A DNA stretch of 64,000 nt from Marsupella aquatica (Eukaryota; Plantae; Marchantiophyta): the NCBI GenBank assembly GCA_973895155.1, contig OZ316898.1, positions 6,125,079 through 6,189,078 of the forward strand, given 5' to 3'. The position numbers were made by a program, and so were the translations under genes. The notes below the pieces were generated by a model, which made no database searches, was not told where the DNA came from, and was given only the letters and a program-made list of their open reading frames with translations. This document shows, in pieces, positions 39,647 to 48,853 of the stretch. Numbering within the stretch: position 1 is the stretch's first letter; each line of letters starts with the position of its first letter.

Positions 39647-42600
39647 ATGTCTTCTGATGTTACCAAAATCTCATTCCTCGAGAGTGACAAGCTAGTGGGT
39701 GCTGCGAACTACATGGTTTGGGCATTCCTGGTAGAACAGATCCTTCGTGAGAAAGGTCTATGGGAAATCGTTCGACCTCTGATTGTTCAGGTAACTTCTC
39801 AGACATCACAGGCTGGCTCTGCTGCTGCCAACGTAGGTGGTACACCTCAGGCCGGTGCAAGCTCGTCTAGCACCTCAGGCAGCAGCGGATCTGGATCTCA
39901 ACCAGTCTCTCAGGCTCCAAGCCAGAAAGACAAAGTAAGTGCTCCAATTGTTCCAATCGTCATGCGTCTACGTGAAGATCCCGCGAAGCTGTGGGTCACA
40001 CTCAAGAAAAAATACGAATCTGCAGCTCTCTCACGTAAGCTTGCTCTCAAGACTGCTCTTTCTGCATCAAAAATGAAAGAAGGGACCTCTGTTCAGGAAT
40101 ACCTACACAGCATTGAACGCCAGGTTGCTCAGCTCGGCTGCGTAGGAGAGTCAGTCCCTGATAAGGAACTAATCACGATTGTGCTCAGGAATTTGCCCGA
40201 CAGTTGGTATAACTTCGTTGCTGTCTACGGAGTCATGTTTTCAAAGGAAACCCCAGATGCTAGTTTTGCAGACCTGGAGGAATACTTGCAGGCGGAAGAT
40301 GCACGCCGAAGAGCTCGCTCGGAAGAGCACTCATTCACTGCTACAGCATACGAACGACGGCCTATTCAGACTACTAGATACACTTGTGGAAGGGGTCGAG
40401 GACGCAGCACCCGTGGGCGACACCAACACGTACCTGACAGGCGCATCGAACCATGCAGCCACTGTGGAAGACGAGGGCACTTTGAGTCAGATTGCTTTAT
40501 TAAGCATGCCGACACAGGGATGCGGTCCCTGACAGTCTCCCAGCAACGAGAAATCACTCAGCGCATCAAAGATCTCCAAGCAGACAGCTCCAAGGCATAT
40601 GCAGCTGAAGAAGAACCTGATGACGGCGAATACCTTACAGGCTCAGATAGTGAGAACAAATCTGGTCTCACTATGGAGGCTATGCTCAGCGAATTTGAAC
40701 CGCGAGAATCCAAGCGTCAAACCTGGATCCTGGATAGCGGCGCATCTACTCATATGAGTCATGATGTGAAAAACTTTTCTACCATTAAAGGCAATTCTTC
40801 CACCTCCAATGTTGTTACCGCCAGCGGCACCAAAATGCCAGTGTCTGGATCAGGATGTATTCCTATTTCTCGCAATAAAACAATTTCTGATGTTTTGTAC
40901 ATCCCGAGTATCACTAGAAATCTACTATCTATCGGCAAACTTGCCGATCAGGGTCATTCTGTACTGTTCGACTCTAAGTGCTGTTACATAATGGACAATC
41001 GTAGTCCTAAATTAGTTCTTCTCAGAGGATACCGTGATCCAGCCAATAAGCTATACAAGCTTACTGTTCCCAACATTTTGCCAGACACTAGTCTCCGACG
41101 CACTTCTGTGCTACCACACCCCAACATCACCGCTCAGTGTCAGCTAGTCGAAGGTCCCCACTCGGTGGCACAACGGTGGCATCAACGACTGGGGCACTCC
41201 AACTACCAGCGTCTCAGCCACATGACAAAGCATGGACTTGTTCTTGGAGTTCCACACCTATCATCGTCGAAGGATATCTGTGAAATTTGTGTCAAAGGCA
41301 AACAAACTCGAAACCGTATTCCAAAAGCAGCAATTCACCGTGCAACTCGACCACTGCAGCTAGTTCATACGGACCTCTGCGGTCCACTCCCTACTTCCTC
41401 CTTGTTTGGTTCCAGGTATTTCATTACGTTCACCGATGATTATTCCCGGTACTCCTGGGTCTACTTCCTCCAGTACAAAAGTGAAGCCCTGGAAAAATTT
41501 AAGTTCTTCAAAACTCAGACCGAGACAGCACTGCGTTGCAAAATTGCTTGTCTTCGGAGCGACCGAGGGGGAGAATATGTGTCTGCTCTATTCACCCAAT
41601 TTTGTCAAGACAACGGCATCAGGCGACAACTCACGGTCGCCAAAACTCCTCATCAAAATGGTGTCTCAGAAAGGAAAAACCGTACCCTTCTAGACATGGT
41701 GCGTAGTATGTCCATTGGATCTAATGCTCCAGAATTTCTTTGGGAAGAGTACGTTCGGGCTGCAAACTTCATCAACAACAGGTGCAGCACTCGTGCTCTA
41801 AATCTGGCTACTCCATTTGAATGTATAACCAGAAACAAACCAAACGTAGGGCATTTTCGAGTGATAGGTTGTACTGCTTACATTCATGTTCCCAAAGATA
41901 TGCGGAATAAACTAGAAGAAAAATCTATCAAGACAGTTCTTGTTGGCTACGATGATCAAAGCAAGGCCTATAGATGCTTTGATCCCACAACTCGAAAAAT
42001 CATCATCTCTAGAGATGTAATATTTGACGAAGGTACGCTAGGAGATTTCTTGTCTCCATCTACTTCTACACAAGAAACACTCTTTGATCTATTTTCTGAT
42101 GACGATCACATGGAGACACAGTCCCAACCTGACACATCAGTTCCAACCACTTACCCTCTTGATGACTTTCTCGATCAAGAGGCCGTGACTCAAGCACCCA
42201 GGGATCCCGATCCAAGCTCCCCCGGAGAACTCACGACACCAATTATCGCTTCATTACCAGAGGATCAACCTCCACCGTCAGTACCGAGGCAAGTTCGCAG
42301 AGCTCGTCAAAGACTTCTTCAACGCACCAGGCCTTCCTCAGGGAGACTTACTTCCCATCCATACAAATACTCTGATTTTCACGTGACTTATTCTGCTGAA
42401 GAGATAGAGTTTTGTACAGCACTATTGGCAAATTCTGCTACAGACGTTCAGCTTCAACAGGCACTATCAGATCCTCTCTGGCTTGCTGCCATGCAAACCG
42501 AGATGAACGCTCATGACAAGAATCACACATGGGATCTTGTACCTCTTCCCTTCGGGGAGAAAGCACTATCTGCTCGATGGGTCCTTCGGGAAAAAATTGA

Positions 42601-44057
42601 CCATGCAAGCAACAACAAGCTTAAAGCCAGAGTCGTGGCTAGAGGGAATGAGCAACGAGAAGGGATTGACTACGAAGAAACCTTTGCGCCAGTGGTAAAG
42701 TGGTCCACTGTTCGACTGATCGTAGCTCTCGCTGCCACCTTTGGTTGGAGCTTAACTCACATGGATGTTGTTACAGCCTTCTTAAATGGAACTCTAAAAG
42801 AGACCATTTTTATGCACCAGCCACCGGGTTTCTCCAAGATTGGTCAAGAAGACTTGGTTTGCAAGCTTCGTAAGTCGATATACGGGCTCAAACAAAGTCC
42901 ACGTGCGTGGTATGAGGAAGTAGATTCCTTCCTGAGGTCCATTGGATGTAGGCGCAGTGCTCTTGATCCCAACTTATACTTGAAGCAGGAAAACGGTAAA
43001 ACGGCCCTTATCCTTCTATTTGTTGATGACTTGCTAATCACTGGAGATGGCTCCGACCTGATTACTGATTTACAGCTGCAGCTCAAATCTAAGTACGAGA
43101 TGAAGGACCTGGGAACTGTCAAAACGCTACCTTGGAATTGACTTCGTCACCACCAACCAAGGCATATTGCTTCATCAAAAGCCCTATGCAGATCAACTTG
43201 TACTCGACTACGGCATGGATAATTGCCGACCCATAAGCACTCCACTGCCCGAAGGACTGGAACTCTCCTCCGAGACCCACACTCCCAGTGTAGACGTTAC
43301 CACTTACTGCCAACTGGTAGGCAAGCTCATTTATCTCACAAATACTCGGCCAGATATTTCATTTTCTGTTGGTCTAGTCAGTCGATTTATGACACATCCT
43401 CAGCAAGCACACTTTGATGCTGCTATGCATATTGTTCGATACATTAGCAGTACAACCGACCTGGGCATATTCTATAGACGTGGAGCATCACTACAACTCC
43501 ATGGATTTACCGACTCCGACTGGGGGAACTCCTGCCCCGACACAAGAAGATCCACTGGAGGATACGTCTACAAATTGGCAGACGGCCCAATAACTTGGAG
43601 CAGCAAACGGCAACCAACGGTATCTCGATCTACCACCGAAGCTGAATACAAGGCATTATCTGATGGTGCCCAAGAAGGAGTCTACCTTAAACGTCTAATA
43701 CAGGAACTGCAGCAAGTCAACATCCCTGCATCTATCCTCAAGTGCACCAGCCTGCAAATCGCCACCGACCTCAGCGAAGCATTAATGCCTACTCAACAAG
43801 ACCTTCACCTTCACTGCGATAACATGAGTGCCATTAAGCTTGCAAAAAATCCAGTATTTCATGCACGCACTAAACACTTGGAAATTCACCATCACTTTGT
43901 TCGGGAGAGAGTTCTAGAGGGGGAATTATCAGTTCGACACATCAAGTCTGAAGATCAGACAGCAGACATCTTCACAAAAGTCCTTACTCGGCACAAATTT
44001 GAGAGAAATAGAGCACAACTAGGTATGAAATCTGTGATGCAACTGCAATCACTTTGA
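39647..44057 (+). CDS. Copia gag-pol polyprotein with a single +1 frameshift near 43121-43124
   Basis: Zn knuckle CSHCGRRGHFESDC; protease WILDSGAS; GAG-pre-integrase WHQRLGH..CEIC; integrase HTDLCGP, RSDRGGEY, NGVSERKNRTL; RT KARVVARG, YGLKQSPRAW, FVDDLL; RNase H TDSDWG, CDN, ADIFTK. One extra A in gtcAAAAcgc breaks DLGTVKRYLGIDF. Confidence 0.93.
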
Positions 44058-44142
44058 TCCTTGTTCTTATAACGGTGAATACATCGTAATCAGTTTCCCA
44101 TACAATAGAGTAAGGAGTCCTACTCAACTAGTCTGCTACACC

Positions 44143-44601
44143 TCAACGAAGTCTAACACTTTCGCGGACTAGATAAATCTCTGCCTCCTGACGTGACCGA
44201 AAGGATTTAAATCGGTTTCCTCTAAAACCGCTTACTAGTGGCTCCACTTCTTCCCATGTAGTGTATATCCCAGGACGACGCCCCCGAGCAATGGCATAGT
44301 AACGACGAGGCAGCTCTATGCTGCTCCTCACCACATCGTCTGCATATGCTCGAACCATGTTATACTCACTGCCTCCACTGGAGACTGGTACTCCCAGTGC
44401 TACAGGACCGATTGGTCTCTCATCGACTTCACTCACGTGACCATCTGTTGCATCAAGCGTTGCTGCGTCTGCAGTAGGTCCTCTCTGTCGACCTCGGTGC
44501 AATACATCACGCAGCATTCGTGCAAAGGAGGCAATGAAGTCCAACATTGCCAACAGCAGTACCAGTCCCGACTCACGTAGTGTCATGGCGTTCTGATCCA
44601 T
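44143..44601 (-). CDS. Antisense accessory ORF (152 aa from first ATG) with a C-terminal RNase H1 N-terminal hybrid-binding / caulimovirus viroplasmin (Cauli_VI) domain
   Basis: YYAIARGRRPGIYTTWEEVEPLVSGFRGNRFKSFRSRQEAEIYL (44170-44304) fits the HBD pattern YAVxxGRxxGIYxxWxEC/VxxxVxGFxxxxFKxFxxxxEAxxY; hydrophobic N-terminal segment GLVLLLAMLDFIASFA; lies between the pol stop and the PPT. Confidence 0.85.
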   Translation of the reverse strand: MDQNAMTLRESGLVLLLAMLDFIASFARMLRDVLHRGRQRGPTADAATLDATDGHVSEVDERPIGPVALGVPVSSGGSEYNMVRAYADDVVRSSIELPRRYYAIARGRRPGIYTTWEEVEPLVSGFRGNRFKSFRSRQEAEIYLVRESVRLR

Positions 44602-44746
44602 CACGATCTCTAACTCTTCGGATCTCACGTTCTTGTTGCATGACACTCACCTTGGCTTCCGCTCCAGTCATAGACCTACCTGATATATGTTCGTTCACAT
44701 CTTACGTGTCTCTGATCAGATTGTCTCATCTGAGTAAGATGTGGTC

Positions 44747-44755
44747 GAGAGGGGG
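44747..44755 (+). promoter_or_regulatory. Polypurine tract
   Basis: GAGAGGGGG directly before the 3' LTR. Confidence 0.9.
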
Positions 44756-45043
44756 TGTTGGAGTTCTATTGTCGTTAGGACATTACGCCCACCTTCTCTT
44801 GCTCTGATTAGTGCATAAATATAGGAGTAATTACTAGCCGTATATGACACTGCCGTCATTGCTTTAGTAGTATAGGACAAAGTCTGAGTTGGCCCTTGTC
44901 ACGTTGCATTGACCTTGTGTGTGATAGACCTTATTTTCAGGAGCTTATCTCCGCTTGGACCCATGCGGGCTGTGTGCCCGTCTCTCTCATGTATTTATCT
45001 CCCTCTCCTCTGTGAGATTATCAAGTTGTTTACAACTTCAACA
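44756..45043 (+). repeat. 3' LTR
   Basis: TG...CA followed by TSD GTTTG. Confidence 0.96.
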
Positions 45044-45294
45044 GTTTGCTTACTGTCCAGATTGTCTTCGGTGTGCTGTTATCGATTCACTTTCCTTTTT
45101 TGCAGCCTCTACAGCTTTGTGATTGTTTTGTGTTGCGGTTTTGAACAGACGGAATGTTTTGATGTGTGTGCAATCTTTTTACAACATGGATGTTTCCTTA
45201 ATTGTAAAGGTTTGGTCTTTCAGCCACATCACTCAGCATAATTGGCACTGTCTAGTACCTGTACACTTCCCTTGACATACAGTTGGAGATAATA

Positions 45295-45615
45295 CCCTCG
45301 TAAACCCTCGTCCTTTCTATTGTATTGTATTGCTTAAACCCTCATTGGGAGTACTGTACTGTATTGTACTGTACTGTACTGTATCTTATCGTATTGTCTT
45401 AAACCCTCCTATAAGTATTGTGTAGTATTGTATTGCTGGAACCCTCCTTGTGAGTACTGTATTCTTTTGTACCGTATTGCTTATTATTGCAATTATTGCA
45501 TTGTACTGCAATGCTTAAACCCTCCTGGTGAGTATTGTATTGTATTGTACTGTATTGCTAAAATCGTCCTTGTGACTCTTTCGTATTATATTGTGAATGT
45601 ATCCCTCGTCCTTCA
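45295..45615. repeat. Compound minisatellite: AAACCCTC motif alternating with (gtatt/gtact)n
   Basis: About 5-6 irregular units. Confidence 0.7.
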
Positions 45616-46347
45616 TATTGTAACGTTTAGACCCCTCTTTGTGAGACTTCCCTTGTATTTTCACTGAAGGCGATGGGCCATAACCCCTCTCTTGCCTGGC
45701 CCCAAGATTCTCTGATTTAAGAGTATTTGCTAATAGCATGGATCAACTGATCGGCCCCTCCTATGCGTATTCTTTTGAACTTACAAGCTGGGAGGGTTTA
45801 CAGTCAGTAACCCTTGGGCTGTGGGCTGTTTGTGGGTTAGGGGCTGTAACTCACTCTGGCTCATCGCCCTGGAGGATTACCCCCCCCCCATGATGCCCTT
45901 CCCGCCCATGGGTTACCCTCCACAAAGATCTACAACTCAAGCTACAACCTTTTGTCAGTTGCTACAAAGCCAATTTGCCTTTCTTTTGATGTCAATGAAA
46001 TGTCGTGATTACATGATTTCATCCATTTATACAGTGACACATATGCAAATAATACCTTAAAAATGTTTTTACACAGCTCCACACAGAAATATAGGCTTCC
46101 AATCTCAATGCAGTCTTTGGATATCTTAAAGTAAAAAACCCCATAATCCTAGAAACAACCTCTTAAAAGATGGGTTTTTGTGGAATTCCAAAGACAAGTT
46201 GGAGAACTCTGTGACAGTTCTCAAGAGCTTTGTTTGCATCAGTATTTAGGACTAAATTTCAGTCCTCCCACAAGGACTTTTTGGCATGTCTATCAAGCTA
46301 CCAAAAAATATCCAAATGAAATTCCCATGACATCCACCATAGAGCTA

Positions 46348-46753
46348 CACTTTTCAGTGTAATTAGTGTTAGTCACACTAACTTTATGCTAACACTATTT
46401 TTGCGCACATGAATTAGTGTTACTGTGGTTTAAGAGTGGAAAAATAGAGAGAAAAAAACTATTTTGAAAAATACATAACAATTAATGTTACTTTGGACTC
46501 AAGATCATCCATGTTTTACAAGAAATTTATTGGAAAAAATTTGTCTTGAAAACAGAAAAAAATTAATGTTACTTGGACTCAAAATCACTTTTAACTTGGA
46601 CTCAAGATCATCCATGTTTTACAAGAAATTTAGTGGAAAAAACCTGTTTTGAGAACAGACAAAAATTAATGTTACTTGGACTCAAAATCACTTTTACCAA
46701 AATTAGTGTTATGGACACTAATTCTTGCTCAACATTAATTACGGTGAACACTG
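46348..46753. mobile_element. Non-autonomous MITE with pogo-type TIRs and an internal tandem duplication
   Basis: TA|CACTTTTCAGTGTAATTAGTGTTA at left; ...CAACATTAATTACGGTGAACACTG at right; both resemble the TIRs of 29163-32790; ~105-bp internal duplication (about 46480-46697). Confidence 0.7.
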
Positions 46754-48121
46754 AAGGCTTCTCTGAGCTGCTGATAGGTTCCAGAATACATACGACAAAA
46801 TACAAATCAGAGAACCTCACAAATTTTGAGACAGACAATGAATGGAACTCTAAAATGGAAGTCGAGCCAAACTTAATTTTTGGAAGAGAATCTAAAAGCC
46901 TATCAGAGTATGACGACAACCGTAATTCACTTGTATAGGGAAAGATTTTGAGCAAATACTAAAATCATTGAGTCCCCAAACCAACCACTAAGGAGTTCGC
47001 TGAACTCTGACCAAAATCATCGAGTCCCCAACCCACCAATGAGGAGCTCCCTGAACTCTGTGATTAGGATTGGTACTCCCGCAAGTGCTTGAGCGTTTCA
47101 CATATCGAGTTGATTATTTAATAACCGGATAAGGTACGGAGCATTTATTTGCCGTTACGCAATCTCAGATAATTTTCTTTCCCTTATTGTTCAAATGATC
47201 TCCGTCCACTTGAACATTGGTGGTCTCTGTTGGACTACTAGCATTCTCGGCCAACCACCAAAAGCACCAAAACATTATGGAATTCATGTTTGCAAAAATG
47301 AATCTCGACCTGGATATGGATATGGATATGGAGAAAAACTGAGATGACAGTGAACTTCCTTGGAATGCTGCGATGCTCAGCAGTACTTCGCAAGCACGCG
47401 GACAGCAAGTAACATGATTATAAAGAAAAGTTTTAAGCTGACGGTTCAGAATCAATAAAGCCAAGAAGAATTCCTGGGCATAGACGTCTGCTTGATTACT
47501 GTTCTTTCTGCATATGCACATGCAAAGATCATGTATGGTCCCAGGTGCTGCAGCCGCTATCAAACTTTGGTTGCAATGCTAATCTCATTTTCCAGCCGGC
47601 CTGAATACTGTTGCTTTATTGTCATACAATCTGTCCCAAGAAGTGGCTAGTGACAATCCAGAAAATGACACGCATATGCATGTCTGGCTGGCTAAGTTCG
47701 ATATCTCAATTGCCTTCCACTCCTGTCAAGTATTATCCATTCAATACACGCGTCAAGATTGCAATCTGCGTTTCAAATGGCCAACACTGGTGGTCCCTGT
47801 TTCGCAGAGCCAACAGTATCATGAGAAAACCCGAACGACAGTGTAAAAGCTACAACAAAGTACTGCAGATTTTAAGTAACATTGATTGTATTCAAATCAA
47901 AGGAGCATAAAGGCTGGAGTTTATTCGACGGTGTAGCCTTATCTCAAAAATGACAGAAAACCATTAAACGAGTCTCAAAAATTTTAAATAACAATTTATT
48001 ACTGGTCCTGTGATACATTGTTGTCCAAAAGTTGCAACGATGTACAATGATCCACATTAAACTCACATGACAGACTACAGCAGAAAGGGTAAGACAGAAT
48101 AATCTTAACAGTGATGGGATT

Positions 48122-48328
48122 CGAACCCCTATACAGAAGCAAGACATGCTAATGAAGCCATGGTCCAAATCTCACTCTCTCTGTTCCACTTTAACCCCTA
48201 TACAGATGCAAGACATGCTCATGAAGCCATGGACAAGCTCTCTCTTTCTGCTTCACTTTGAACCCCTCTGTACAGATGCAAGGCAGGCTAATGAAGCCAT
48301 GAACAAGCTCTCACTCTTTTTGCTTCAG
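48122..48328. repeat. ~69-bp tandem repeat x3
   Basis: aacccctatacaga..caagacatgct..tgaagccatg..caa.ctc.ctct three times. Confidence 0.8.
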
Positions 48329-48853
48329 TAAGCGGCTTTCCAAGCTGATGCTTCTGTGCCTTTGCAATGGTGATGTCGGCAAATTGGTAATGTCGGCAAA
48401 TTGGTTTGTGTCACACATGTTGGACTAAGGTAAGTTACAACGTCCTATGTTTGTGGTCTAGAATGATGTACAAGAAACATAAATGTGTGACCGTCTAAGG
48501 TTTTGGCTGTCTTGCATCTCTTGCACTTTAGCCCAGGTTAGGTCTGAACTGTACAGACGGTGACAGGGGAGTACCTCACTTGAATCTGAATGGAAGCACG
48601 GCTGCTAAGCCTCAGGTTCGCCAACCCACTTCTTTGAAGAATGAACAAACTTGCTAGCTACTCTAGCATGATAAATGGATGATACACATGCAAATGAGCC
48701 CGCAAACATCTACGTAAAGGGGCAAACTAAAACACTAATAAAGGGGGCGGGGACCGGAATACACATTTACAACCCACACTCCAAGGATTTCAAGTAATTG
48801 CTTACTCCTTGTGCTACTCTAGAACCTGCGTGCTCTTCCCTGCGAGCAAGTTG

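Larger units (their letters stand above)
39315..45043 (+). mobile_element. Young full-length Ty1/copia LTR retrotransposon with an extra antisense ORF
   Basis: 288-bp LTRs (TGTTG...CAACA) with 3 mismatches; perfect 5-bp TSD GTTTG (39310-39314 / 45044-45048); PBS and PPT present; gag-PR-IN-RT-RH order. Confidence 0.97.

Noticed and set aside
43115-43141. Programmed frameshift in copia pol
   Set aside because: Falls within RT, where plant copias are single-frame; best explained by a 1-bp insertion or sequencing error
46573-46955. ORFs of 115-121 aa on both strands
   Set aside because: Overlap the AT-rich MITE; no domain
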